A stretch of 63,119 nucleotides of DNA, filler included, from Octopus bimaculoides (taxonomy: Eukaryota): the NCBI RefSeq assembly GCF_001194135.2. It is 4 parts of 4 records of this genome, joined end to end, with 100 filler letters (N's around TTAATTAATTAA, not from the genome) between each part and the next. Parts side by side here need not be neighbours in the genome. Positions count along the whole stretch, not along the records: positions 1 to 29,927 come from NC_068987.1; 3 more parts are not named here. One strand, 5' to 3'. The translations under genes were made by a program, and so were the position numbers. Each line of letters opens with the position of its first letter. Position 1 is the first letter of the stretch. A model generated the notes under the pieces. The model did not search any database and was not told where the DNA came from. It was given only the letters and a program-made list of their open reading frames with translations. Of this stretch, positions 1 to 11,836 are shown piece after piece.

Positions 1-10
1 TATATATATA

Positions 11-157
11 CGACGGGCTTCTTTCCAAATCCACTGACAAGGCTTTGGTCGGCCTGAGGCTATAATATAAGCCACTTGCCCAAGGTGTTACGCAGTGAGA
101 CTGAAGCCGGAATCATGCGGTTGGTAAGCAAGTTATTTTACCACATAGCCACTCCTG
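11..157 (-). mobile_element. tRNA-derived SINE family A, head region
   Basis: Reverse complement reads GGAGTGGCTATGTGGTAA (A-box-like) then GGCTTCAGTCTC (B-box-like) and runs into (TA)n. Homologous to copies at 5110, 11480, 38143 and 62922. Confidence 0.85.
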
Positions 158-614
158 CGCCTATACGTGTTTTTCATAATTGAAACCTTTTATCCAGGTA
201 GTTCAATATATTCGTAACCATGTGTAAGTGCATTTTAAATTTATTTTCCGGCAACTAGGTGTAATGTTCTATTTAAGCAAAAAAATGTTGTCAGTCTACA
301 TTTGTAAAATATCACTCTGCTGAAGCGATTGCAAGAGGAGAGTGATAGGGATCCATATAATTAGAGGCAGGAGTTTGATAATTATTATTGGCATCAAAGA
401 GCCTTTTGTCATTAAATTGGTTCGTAGATGAAACAACCTTTTGTACAAGTTAAATATGACTGTGCTTTTGCTGAAGAACACATAGCACTGGGTGCGAGAG
501 ATATTTGAAGATACTTAATTACCAGTATATTACTCTCTTCAAACAAATTTAAAAAAAAATTCTTTCTTTCAGTTTATCTACGGCAGAAAAAATGCCACGG
601 CAGATAAAACACAA

Positions 615-985
615 AAACTGAAATGGCATGCAGTCATTGTGGCCATATGGGCGGAAAATAGCGACTTAGTCATTGCCGACTTTCTAAATGCTGCGAGATC
701 ATTTGTACACAAAGTTCGGATTGAATTGGAAGCTTTCGTGGAAATGTTTCAACTGTACCAGTGAGAAAAAGAAATTCTAAACGTTTGAACACTATAAGAA
801 CACCACAATTCAATCAAAACATTATTAATGATGATCTCGAAAAATTAATGTCTTCGACACCAAAGAAGTTCAGGTGTCAAAGTGGTCTATCAAAACCGTG
901 GTACGCAAGAATATTCGACACCAGTTATTTGTATTGAGGAGAAGCCAATTCATGTCTGGAAAGTTGAGGAAAACTTACTGATCCA
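615..985 (+). pseudogene. Decayed Tc1/mariner (DD37D/maT-like) transposase, N-terminal part
   Basis: Frameshifted translation HAVIVAIWAENSDLVIADFLNAARSFVHKVR...IRTPQF matches the RTPEFM region of the minus-strand copy at 57563-57760. Confidence 0.55.
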
Positions 986-989
986 TGTC

Positions 990-1890
990 TAGCAGAAACT
1001 TAAAATTTGTTGAATGCCTCACGAACACGGGATGCATGACGGTTTTTAAATTCACCTTCACATAATCCGGTATAGCTCTTCTTATCGGTTGTGTTATCAT
1101 CTAGTATTGCTGTAACTTCTGCCTCATATATGACGGATTTAGTCATACATCAAGTAGACAGGTTTCTGGGTCTCGACAGTTACAACTGGGAGCGGGATCT
1201 TGGTGTTGTTCTCGTGTAATAATACTTTTCGTATTGAGGCAGCAGCTATATGATAATTTTACTGAGCCGCTGTTAAATATTTTCCTGTTCCTGAGATTTT
1301 CTGGAAAATGTTTGTCAAGGAGAGACTAGAGCCTTTTACCTATGTTAGTTTTACGTTAAGAGAAAAAAGTGGGGGACCAAATTATTTTCTTCATTTAGGT
1401 CTATTAATATTAGAGATGTTATACATTAATTCATCCTTAAAGCCACTATTGGCATGGCTATTATTGCAGCTGAGAGTTGCCTTCTTGAAAATTTCTTTAG
1501 AAGAAGAGAGGTTAGAAATGCTGTTACTAATGTTAGCTATCAGGTTTTTAAATACTACAATGGGGGTGTCAACACTGTTTATATATGTAGGAAATTTTCT
1601 CGTTGGGTTTATGGTAAGGTTAATAGGAGGATGAGTTCAGGTCTAGAGAAATATCTAAAACAATCAACTTTAGACAGATTAGTAGCGACTGCGATTTTAA
1701 GGCCTAATTGACTGAAGATGGAAGTAATTTGTTATCTAGGGTGTGGCTATCACAGCCATGGGAAATATTCAATCTGTCATCTCGGTATAGACCAACGTGG
1801 TGAGATGGGGTCTTAGATCTCAATGTGTTTAATATAAAGAGACCTGAAAAAATTGTAAGTTATGCGTAGGTAAAAGAACTCAGATTCTTT
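990..1890 (-). pseudogene. Penelope-like retroelement fragment (RT C-terminus, linker, GIY-YIG)
   Basis: Minus strand gives GLFILNTL...HVGLYRDD (~1776-1830), PYHKPN, KIFNSGSVKLSYSC, CNCRDPETC, SVIYEAEVT and KSYTGLCEGEFKN (~1041-1080), with stops and frameshifts. Confidence 0.85.
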
Positions 1891-2197
1891 TCAGATCTAA
1901 GAACTCTAACACACTACTACATTCTAGATCGGAAATTTCCATCGGTTGTAAACGAATGGCAAAGTTCCTGTTGAGGAATTGAAAAGTGCCACCCTCTCCG
2001 GTCTCTATAGACTCTAAGCCAGTATTTTTTCAGTCTTATATTTTACGGTCTAAGGGGAAATAACTCTAAACCCCACTTTTGCATCTTTCGGTTTTCTTGT
2101 TCGTTTGCTGGTTTTTCAACCTTCTAACTTTTATGTTTTTTCTCGCTCTTTCTCTCATTCTCTCGTACCATTTTAAGTTCGTTATGCCATGTGAGCA

Positions 2198-2283
2198 GTG
2201 CCTGATGATTATGCTACGACACCAGGCGTGTTTAAAAATATTGTCTGGCGTGGGGTCTCAGCACATGAAACTTATAGTTGCGC
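2198..2283 (+). ncRNA. Candidate type I hammerhead ribozyme with long stem II (imperfect)
   Basis: GUGC-CUGAUGA (2202)...GAAAC (2267)-UUAUA-GUU-GCGC. Stem I is 4 bp and stem III is ACU/AGU. Stem II is a long hairpin (CCAGGC/GUCUGG) with a mispaired base. Confidence 0.4.
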
Positions 2284-2953
2284 ATAAAAACATATGTGTT
2301 TATTAATATATATATACACATATGTAAGTCTCTCTCACATTTCCTGGCTTTCTCTTCATGCCCACTTTCCCTTTTCTTTCACTTCACTGTGCCCTTTCAT
2401 TTTTTCTCGCCCCTCCTTAATTCTTCTATCCCTCTGCCTCTACTTCTCTCTCTTCTCTCCCCACGTAACCGGTGTTCGGCCAGGCCTGACTTTTCTTTCT
2501 TGCTTCGACTACCATCCGTGCAACATCTATATTCCTCCCTGTGCCTGCTAAATCATATGTCCCTGCCGTAAGGCTTTACTTCCACACACGCCAGCTTAAT
2601 TTAATTCGTCTTTAGTCGAAAGACACCTGTTGTTATGTCCTATTAAGTGCATTTGTATTTGTGTAACGTTTCTCTGTTTTTTACCGTCCTTGTTTTCGTA
2701 TACATTCGCTGCTTTCTTCCAAGGAATCTAATGCAATTAGCTTATTTTTTCCTTGGGGCTGGCCAGATTGGAGCAATCTCGAGTATAACCAGCCGAAATT
2801 GCAAAGATAATCTGTAACTCGACTGAGGATAGAAAGCTCCAAATGACTCGTCCTTGTTTTCTTTGTATCGTCTGTCTGGATATTTTGCGTTCTTGTCCCA
2901 TTTTAGTATTTTTTATATATAAAATATAGCGGCGTACGTACACTTTGGTCTCT

Positions 2954-3008
<55 letters not shown>

Positions 3009-3011
3009 ATT

Positions 3012-3044
<33 letters not shown>

Positions 3045-4857
3045 NNNNNNNNNNNNNNNNNNNNNNNNNNNNNNNNNNNNNNNNNNNNNNNNNNNNNNNN
3101 NNNNNNNNNNNNNNNNNNNNNNNNNNNNNNNNNNNNNNNNNNNNNNNNNNNNNNNNNNNNNNNNNNNNNNNNNNNNNNNNNNNNNNNNNNNNNNNNNNNN
3201 NNNNNNNNNNNNNNNNNNNNNNNNNNNNNNNNNNNNNNNNNNNNNNNNNNNNNNNNNNNNNNNNNNNNNNNNNNNNNNNNNNNNNNNNNNNNNNNNNNNN
3301 NNNNNNNNNNNNNNNNNNNNNNNNNNNNNNNNNNNNNNNNNNNNNNNNNNNNNNNNNNNNNNNNNNNNNNNNNNNNNNNNNNNNNNNNNNNNNNNNNNNN
3401 NNNNNNNNNNNNNNNNNNNNNNNNNNNNNNNNNNNNNNNNNNNNNNNNNNNNNNNNNNNNNNNNNNNNNNNNNNNNNNNNNNNNNNNNNNNNNNNNNNNN
3501 NNNNNNNNNNNNNNNNNNNNNNNNNNNNNNNNNNNNNNNNNNNNNNNNNNNNNNNNNNNNNNNNNNNNNNNNNNNNNNNNNNNNNNNNNNNNNNNNNNNN
3601 NNNNNNNNNNNNNNNNNNNNNNNNNNNNNNNNNNNNNNNNNNNNNNNNNNNNNNNNNNNNNNNNNNNNNNNNNNNNNNNNNNNNNNNNNNNNNNNNNNNN
3701 NNNNNNNNNNNNNNNNNNNNNNNNNNNNNNNNNNNNNNNNNNNNNNNNNNNNNNNNNNNNNNNNNNNNNNNNNNNNNNNNNNNNNNNNNNNNNNNNNNNN
3801 NNNNNNNNNNNNNNNNNNNNNNNNNNNNNNNNNNNNNNNNNNNNNNNNNNNNNNNNNNNNNNNNNNNNNNNNNNNNNNNNNNNATATATATATATATATA
3901 TATAATGTGCGGGTGTCACTCTAATGACGACAATAAAACATATGGACACATACATACACACATACACATATATTCGCATATTTACAGTACTAGACTCTTC
4001 AGTGCATTCTTGCCACCGCATGCAAATATATAGCAGTGTGTATATATAACTGGTATTGGTTTACTTACATTACATTACAACGCCCAGCCATTAACGAAAT
4101 TCTGCGTAGGACCTGCTGTAAGTTCAAAGAAACCACTATATGAACGATAGCGTTCTTTGTAAATCTGTTGATGGACTAAAACAACACCAACCGGTACACG
4201 TACCACAACGTTGCGTACTTTGCATATATGTGGTTGTTTGTTTGTTTGTTTGTTTGTGTGTGTGTGTGTGCGTGTGTGTGTGTGTGTGTGTGTGNNNNNN
4301 NNNNNNNNNNNNNNNNNNNNNNNNNNNNNNNNNNNNNNNNNNNNNNNNNNNNNNNNNNNNNNNNNNNNNNNNNNNNNNNNNNNNNNNNNNNNNNNNNNNN
4401 NNNNNNNNNNNNNNNNNNNNNNNNNNNNNNNNNNNNNNNNNNNNNNNNNNNNNNNNNNNNNNNNNNNNNNNNNNNNNNNNNNNNNNNNNNNNNNNNNNNN
4501 NNNNNNNNNNNNNNNNNNNNNNNNNNNNNNNNNNNNNNNNNNNNNNNNNNNNNNNNNNNNNNNNNNNNNNNNNNNNNNNNNNNNNNNNNNNNNNNNNNNN
4601 NNNNNNNNNNNNNNNNNNNNNNNNNNNNNNNNNNNNNNNNNNNNNNNNNNNNNNNNNNNNNNNNNNNNNNNNNNNNNNNNNNNNNNNNNNNNNNNNNNNN
4701 NNNNNNNNNNNNNNNNNNNNNNNNNNNNNNNNNNNNNNNNNNNNNNNNNNNNNNNNNNNNNNNNNNNNNNNNNNNNNNNNNNNNNNNNNNNNNNNNNNNN
4801 NNNNNNNNNNNNNNNNNNNNNNNNNNNNNNNNATGATGATGATGATGATTTCTTTTA

Positions 4858-5240
4858 TTACTCTTTTACTTGTTTCAGTCATTTGACCGTGGCCATGCTG
4901 GGGCACCGCCTTTAATCGAGCAAATCAACCCCAGGACTTATTCTTTGGAAGCCTAGTACTTATTTTATCGGTCTATTTTGCTGAACCGCTAAGTTGCGGG
5001 GACGTAAACACACCAGCATCAGTTGTCAAGCGATGTTGGGGGGACAAACACAGATACACAAACACACAAACATATACACACATATACATATATAAATATA
5101 CATATATACGACGGGCTTCTTTCAGTTTCCGTCTACCAAATCCACTCACAAGGCTTTGGTCGGCCCGAGGCTATAGTAGAAGACACTTGCCCAAGGTGCC
5201 ACGCAGTGAGACTGAACCCGGAGCGATGTGGTTGGTAAGC
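4858..5240 (-). mobile_element. SINE family A, near-complete copy (head, internal microsatellite, tail)
   Basis: Reverse-complement match to the plus-strand copy at 38143-38545 across head, (TA/TG)n spacer and GTAAAAGAG tail. Confidence 0.9.
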
Positions 5241-5989
5241 AAGCTCACAAGTTCTGAAGACTTTGAGGACAATGCAATACTACACACAAAAAATGGAGTA
5301 TATTCGTAGATCGATCAAAACGATATTAATAACAAATATTTAACAGAGATCTAACAAAAGATGTAAAAATAAAGTTCAAGCAATTTCCAACGCGAAAAAT
5401 TCCTTGACAACCGTACAGTCAACTTCGGGTAATTCAAAGCTAACCGCACACAACAATGTCCGGATTAGTCTGGCATCTCCAGGGTATAGAAAGTACCCTC
5501 TCCCCATTTCTTTGCATCCAACTTTCGACAAACACTCTAGAAGGCAGCATCTCCCTCTCTACTTTCTGTTTCTTTTCAAGTTATCTTTCAAAACGTTGAT
5601 GAAATCTTGTTCAAATAGGAAATTGACTTCTTCAAACTTTTCAGACGAGTCTCCCATGCAACCTTTCCTGCCACGGCCACCACACAGATACAGATTTGCC
5701 TCCCACCCCTGCTAGGGAAGCGTGGAATGCCGACCTTGATTATAGATTTGCTGTACAGCAGGATTCATCCCCTCCTACTGAACCCATCTTGTATATTTTC
5801 AGCTGTTAGTGCTAAGAGGCCCACGATCGTTGTCCTGAACAAGAATTGAAGCAATTCTTTAGCATGGAAGATATCAAGGAATTTTGGAAGTTGGCCAGTG
5901 ATCTTGATCTGAAAGTCCACCAATAGGGACTTAGATTGTTATCGCTGATGCCCAGAGTCAACCATAGGTCATCGTCGCTCATACTTTCT

Positions 5990-6830
5990 ACAGATATCTA
6001 GCCTTGTTCTCCAACTGACGGTCTGATCCAGCAGGTATTGTGCTTTGAATACCTAGTAACACTCTAAATGTCTTGGCCAACACTTGACCCATGATTGCAG
6101 TTAGCTCATGGAGATGAACTGTGTGGAAAGACATATTGAACGAAACACAGCCACACCAGTTCGCTCTCATTTTCTTCGGCATCGTCACCATCGCAGTGGT
6201 CCAGTTAATGTGCATCGATCTCAGAGTACTAGTACATTATCAGGGATGGCTACCCGAGATAACAGAGAGGATGTTGCAGTAGATGGAGTCTTCCTCTTCC
6301 TTAACAAGCGGAAAAACATGCGCTCCAATCTGGTCAAATGTTTCTTGAGGTAAGGTACGAGACAATGTATGCATTACCTGCTATCATCCGACTTTTCCTG
6401 TAAACCCATGTCTGAGCGAAAATGGTCACACTGCTCGCTACCCCTTCTAGATCCTGTATACCCGGACGTCTGTATCGAACTAAACTCCCAGTACTTTTAG
6501 CGAGCCTTCGGTCCAACAATAGAAATTATCGCCGGCCAAGACGGACTGACCTGCTACTTCATCCACTGAAATCGTCTTCTCTCACTGCTCAGTTTCTCAA
6601 GTCTGCCGCTTCTCAAAAAGAGTTCAGCATAGTGCTGCTGCAACACCGTGCTCATTTGTTTGGAATCAAGAAGCATTCCTCTGCCATCCAGGCCTTTTAT
6701 GTATTCATATTTCAACGCATGCACCCTAACTCGGGCAACACCATCTTCTTGTTTCAAGTCGAAGAAATAGTCGAGCGCCACACCCATTGCTAGTGTCTAA
6801 TAAAATCCCCCAAATCTTTCCGTGCCGAAA
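5990..6830 (-). pseudogene. Decayed Tx1/L1-type LINE ORF2 remnant
   Basis: ORF 6554-6787 (LDYFFDLKQEDGVARVRVHALK...QQHYAELF) resembles the post-endonuclease region. WTEGSLKVLGV near 6480-6520 resembles the RT C-terminal motif. Fragmented. Confidence 0.6.
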
Positions 6831-7139
6831 AGGACGCGTTCATTTTCCAGTGACTGAGTTCTTATCTAGTTGTCTTTTCTTAGTTGGCTGCACGAGTTTT
6901 GTTTTACAGAGAGGGACAGTATCTGCAAGAATCACCAAGATGAGCTGTAATGGTCATAAACATAAATGGAATATAATTCGTATTAAGAAAGGAAATTACC
7001 TTATTAGAGGGCATAGTAGATGCATCCTAGTTTTTAGCTAAAATTGAGAGTCAAGGATAGAGTTAGCAATCTTCCTATATAGAACCCGCGTTGACATCTT
7101 TAAAACAATTTTTGTTAAAAACGTGCATTTTATTTGCCA

Positions 7140-7400
7140 TCAAATCCGCTATAAAGAAGGAAACAGTAATGTCACCATCAACGAAAAATGCACCACCAAT
7201 ATCACCATCACTACTGCCATCGCTAATACCACCACTACCACAACCATCACTGCCACCACCACTCCACCTCTATCATAGTCACTATTATCACCAATACCAA
7301 CACCACGTACACTACCATTACTATCACAACTACCACAACCAGCAGCAACAACAATATCCATACCACCATCAACTCTAACAACAATCACATTTACATTCCT
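7140..7400. repeat. Low-complexity CAC/CAT/CAA trinucleotide region
   Basis: Visible imperfect triplet repeats, mirrored by the GGT/GTA tract at 7660-7910. Confidence 0.9.
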
Positions 7401-7939
7401 TTCATGCACAATTTTTTTCTGTTATTTATGTAAAGCAAAACTTCTGGGATTTACTCCAGCCTCACACCCAACTCTGTGTAGTTGCTAAACATTCCAAAAT
7501 ATTCTTATTTTGGAATTTTCCCGATAATCCCAGAATTTTCTCTGGTCCTTCCATTACTTACTGGATTAATCGATATTTCAGATATTTACACCAAACAAAC
7601 TCATCACACAGTAGGGATGAAGGAGAAAATGAAAACGCTGTTGATAATAAATGGTGGTGGTTGAGGGGTGTTGTTGGTGGTCGTAGAAGTGGCGGTGGTA
7701 GTGGTGGTGGTGGTGGTGGTGGTGATAAGTTTGGTGGTACTGATGGTGATGGTGGAGTTTTTAGAGGTGGTGGTGATCATGCTGGCTGTAGCATTGGTGA
7801 GGGTGGTGAGGTAGGGATGATTGTGATGATAGTTGTAGTAATATTGATAGTGGTGGTGGTGGTGGTGGTCATGATGATGATAGTAGTTGTAGTAGTAGTA
7901 ATAGTAGTAGTAACCTTAACTCTAACCCTAAAGTCAGAC

Positions 7940-8090
7940 AGTTCTATATTTAGAGAAGAGGAATTATGTACATTATTTACATTTGACGGATATAACACAA
8001 CGTTTCGGCTGATATACCCTCCAGCCTTCATCAGGTGTCTTGGGGAAATTTCGAACCTGGGTTCTCATTCCTAAGGTATTCGTCGATGTT
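7940..8090 (-). repeat. Penelope pLTR-like repeat, copy 1 (direct repeat of 8977-9150)
   Basis: GTTCTATATTTA...GAGGAATTATGTAC...TTCTCATTCCTAAGGTATT recurs at 8977-9150. Copy 1 lacks ~23 nt next to the hammerhead. Confidence 0.85.
7994..8039 (-). ncRNA. Minimal type I hammerhead ribozyme (PLE-type, palindromic stem III)
   Basis: Minus strand GACAC-CUGAUGA-A-GGCUG-GAGGGUAUAU-CAGCC-GAA-ACGU-U-GUGUU: complete core, 5-bp stems I and II, ACGU palindrome, GUU cleavage triplet. Confidence 0.85.
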
Positions 8091-8139
8091 GTTATTATTA
8101 TTATTATTATGATTAATAATATTATTATTATTCAGTAGT

Positions 8140-8298
8140 TTTATTTTTATTACGTGCTTTCACTTCACTACCGAGCGCAGCTCTGTATGCCTTGGGCATG
8201 TGCTGTGGTTTGCTGTGGTGCTCTTATGGTTACTGTATTGAAAGTGTTTTGCGTAGGATGTGTGCAGTGCCCAGTAGTGCAATTTTTTGTATGTTATA

Positions 8299-8300
<2 letters not shown>
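8140..8300 (-). mobile_element. 3' end of an R4/Dong-like (restriction-like endonuclease) LINE
   Basis: Minus strand translates ALLGTAHILRKTLSIQ-stop, then a short 3' UTR and A-rich/(TAA)n tail. Confidence 0.7.
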
Positions 8301-8329
<29 letters not shown>

Positions 8330-8362
8330 ATTATAATTATTATTATTATTATTATTATTATA

Positions 8363-8418
<56 letters not shown>

Positions 8419-8422
<4 letters not shown>

Positions 8423-8468
8423 AATCTTTGGGTTAGCAGCCCACGCTCTTAACCACTACGCCATATAC
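8419..8468 (-). mobile_element. Truncated tRNA-derived SINE head
   Basis: Reverse complement TGGCGTAGTGGTTAAGAGCGTGGGCTGCTAACCC has an A box and anticodon-arm-like segment but no B box or acceptor 3' half. Confidence 0.6.
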
Positions 8469-8564
8469 CCGTGGGCAATTATGGAGTGAATTTTAGGGCT
8501 TATAATCTAATATTACATTAATTACTGCTTTCACAGATGGGTGACGAACTTCAGTCTTCATTCT

Positions 8565-8960
8565 CTAACATTTCAGTTTCATAAACTTCTTAATCTGGCA
8601 TGTCTTCACCATTTCAAATTCTTTCATGTACGACTTTTCTAGATCTTGTTGGATTCTCTTTCTATCATCATCTATGGTTATTTTCCTAAGAAATAAAGAT
8701 AACCTCTCTTTGATTTCGTTATTTAGTTGATGCTTTTTACAACGGTTGTAATGAATCCTCTCATGGACGGGGGCATGTCCTGCCCTTTCCACTACTCTTC
8801 TAACTTTATATGAAACCACTGGTGTCATTATATTCAAGCCAGGTGGTATTAGCTTTGAGTCTCTACTTCTACACAAGAAAGTTAGATGGTTTGAAAGACG
8901 AGCTAGTTTTTGATGGAGTTTCTCTATATGTCTACATTGAAGTCTAATGTCGGCTCCGTA
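8565..8960 (-). pseudogene. Penelope-like ORF N-terminal domain fragment
   Basis: HLTFLCRSRDSKLIPPGLNI...ERIHYNR lies directly downstream of pLTR copy 2 in the same orientation and is truncated at its 3' end. Confidence 0.7.
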
Positions 8961-8976
8961 CCCATTAGATAATACA

Positions 8977-9150
8977 GTTCTATATTTAACAAATGAGGAA
9001 TTATGTACGTTATTTACATTTGACGGATATTTGTGCTCATCTTGTTTGTTGTTAACACAACGTTTCGGCTGATATACCCTCCAGCCTTCATCAGGTGTCT
9101 TGGGGAAATTTCAAACCTGGGTTCTCATTCCTAAGGTATTTTTCGATGTT
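8977..9150 (-). repeat. Penelope pLTR-like repeat, copy 2
   Basis: Direct repeat of 7940-8090 that runs into an N gap. Confidence 0.85.
9054..9099 (-). ncRNA. Minimal type I hammerhead ribozyme, identical to 7994-8039
   Basis: Same 46-nt sequence, exactly 1060 nt from the first copy. Confidence 0.85.
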
Positions 9151-9765
9151 GTTGTTGTTGTNNNNNNNNNNNNNNNNNNNNNNNNNNNNNNNNNNNNNNN
9201 NNNNNNNNNNNNNNNNNNNNNNNNNNNNNNNNNNNNNNNNNNNNNNNNNNNNNNNNNNNNNNNNNNNNNNNNNNNNNNNNNNNNNNNNNNNNNNNNNNNN
9301 NNNNNNNNNNNNNNNNNNNNNNNNNNNNNNNNNNNNNNNNNNNNNNNNNNNNNNNNNNNNNNNNNNNNNNNNNNNNNNNNNNNNNNNNNNNNNNNNNNNN
9401 NNNNNNNNNNNNNNNNNNNNNNNNNNNNNNNNNNNNNNNNNNNNNNNNNNNNNNNNNNNNNNNNNNNNNNNNNNNNNNNNNNNNNNNNNNNNNNNNNNNN
9501 NNNNNNNNNNNNNNNNNNNNNNNNNNNNNNNNNNNNNNNNNNNNNNNNNNNNNNNNNNNNNNNNNNNNNNNNNNNNNNNNNNNNNNNNNNNNNNNNNNNN
9601 NNNNNNNNNNNNNNNNNNNNNNNNNNNNNNNNNNNNNNNNNNNNNNNNNNNNNNNNNNNNNNNNNNNNNNNNNNNNNNNNNNNNNNNNNNNNNNNNNNNN
9701 NNNNNNNNNNNNNNNNNNNNNNNNNNNNNNNNNNNNNNNNNNNNNNNNNNNNNNNNNNNNNNNNN

Positions 9766-9808
<43 letters not shown>

Positions 9809-10681
9809 GTCAAATGTAAATAATGTAAATAAAGTAGAGTCAGAGCCCAATAAATGAAGTTGAGATCAATAGAGATTCTAGAATTTCGGCATTTCAAAAG
9901 ACCCTGGAAAGCTACAGATTGTACCACGTAAACACCATATTTCATATCTTCGAGTATGAAGTGAAGTATTCATGCGCACATAATGCTTTCATCTGCAGTA
10001 CTACAAAGTCATGATAATGTTGATACACATTGTGGTGTGGAAAACAATGTTATAGGAAAATTGTCAAAATAATACTACATATGCTCAATTTGCAAGCCAA
10101 AAATTTTACGAGTCAACTGGAATCACTGAAATGAATGTTATAAAGAATTTATCAATTAAATTACAGAAAAAAGCGATTAACAGAGTTACTTACGATAAAA
10201 TCTAGTAGGATATCAATATTAATCCTGTCGTCTATGTTTCACTCTTAACAGCTCTGGCTGCTATTTTCAGTATGTGTGTGTTGTGTGTGCTTGCCAACTT
10301 TGATGTGTTTGATACTGAATGTGATTGGTGTTAAACATATTCACCGTAGTTGAAAAACGTCTGTTCGATTATTTAGTTAAATATATATGGATTTCAGATA
10401 AATATAAAACATGTAAAGGAAAAGTATATCTTATACAAGTGCAATAAACATACATTTTGAGTTATCTTGGAGTTCCTTTAGAGCAGTGTTTCCCAAATTG
10501 TTCACGCCAAATTGTAACATCGCTCACCTATAAGCCAAAAAATGCTTCATTGTCCACCTGTGTAAACACCCTGACAACCTCGCCCAAACACAAAATCCCC
10601 TATGAAAACCCCCTTTGTATCATTTGACATTATATTGTAGATTCGTTACCCTGTTAGTGCTGTTTGGACAAAATATGCGGT

Positions 10682-11640
10682 TACTCTTTTACTCTTTTAA
10701 TTGTTTCAGTCATTTGACTGTGGCCATGCTGGAGCACCACCTTTAGTCGAGCAAATTGACCCGAGGACTTATTCTCTGGGAGCCTAGTGCTTATTCTATC
10801 GGTCTCTTTTGTCGAACCGCTAAGTTATGGGGACGTAAACACACCAACATCAGTTGTCAAGCGATGTTGGGGGGATAAACACAGACACACAAACATATAC
10901 ACATACACATACATATATATATGTATATATNNNNNNNNNNNNNNNNNNNNNNNNNNNNNNNNNNNNNNNNNNNNNNNNNNNNNNNNNNNNNNNNNNNNNN
11001 NNNNNNNNNNNNNNNNNNNNNNNNNNNNNNNNNNNNNNNNNNNNNNNNNNNNNNNNNNNNNNNNNNNNNNNNNNNNNNNNNNNNNNNNNNNNNNNNNNNN
11101 NNNNNNNNNNNNNNNNNNNNNNNNNNNNNNNNNNNNNNNNNNNNNNNNNNNNNNNNNNNNNNNNNNNNNNNNNNNNNNNNNNNNNNNNNNNNNNNNNNNN
11201 NNNNNNNNNNNNNNNNNNNNNNNNNNNNNNNNNNNNNNNNNNNNNNNNNNNNNNNNNNNNNNNNNNNNNNNNNNNNNNNNNNNNNNNNNNNNNNNNNNNN
11301 NNNNNNNNNNNNNNNNNNNNNNNGTAACCTAGCGGTTCTGTAAAAGAGACCGATAGAATAAGTACTAGGCTTCTAAAGAATAAGTCCTGGGGTTGATTTA
11401 TTCGACTAAAGGCGGTGCTCCAGCATGGCCGCAGTCAAATGACTGAAACAAGTAAAAGAATAAAAGAATACATATGCATATATACGACGGGCTTCTTTCA
11501 GTTTCCATCTACCAAATCCACTCACAAGGCTTTGGTCGGCCCGAGGCTATAGTAGAAGACAATTGCCCAAGGTGCCATGCAATGGGACTGAACCAGGAGA
11601 ATGTGGTTGGTAAGCAAGCTACTTACCACACAGCCACTAT
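10682..11640. mobile_element. Cluster of SINE family A pieces nested in the hAT element
   Basis: Minus tail ~10682-10930, N gap, plus tail ~11325-11465, minus head ~11480-11640. Confidence 0.85.
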
Positions 11641-11836
11641 TGTGGGTTTAGTTTTGCCATTAACGTGAATAAAATTCTAACGTTAACTCTATATTATGCA
11701 GACAGATTAACTTCTGGAAACTTGCGCTTTCTTTCACACTGATTTTCATTTTCCCCAAATGAATCATTGATCAGAACTACTGATGCAAAAATAATTAATG
11801 AATGTATTATAAAGGAAAAGAATGAAACTTTTTTTA

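Noticed and set aside
1705-1775. ATTGA-CTGAAGA...GAAATATTCAAT hammerhead-like pattern on the plus strand
   Set aside because: It lies antisense within the Penelope RT coding region, and the stem III/UH register does not fit.
3909-3947. GTGTC...CTAATGA...AAACATAT-GGACAC, a possible ancient hammerhead
   Set aside because: Both core boxes are mutated and there is no stem II.
2903-4915. Long ORFs in the track (372 aa, 362 aa and similar entries throughout the window)
   Set aside because: They consist of N gaps and dinucleotide repeats (YIYI, CVCV, HTHT) and are not coding.
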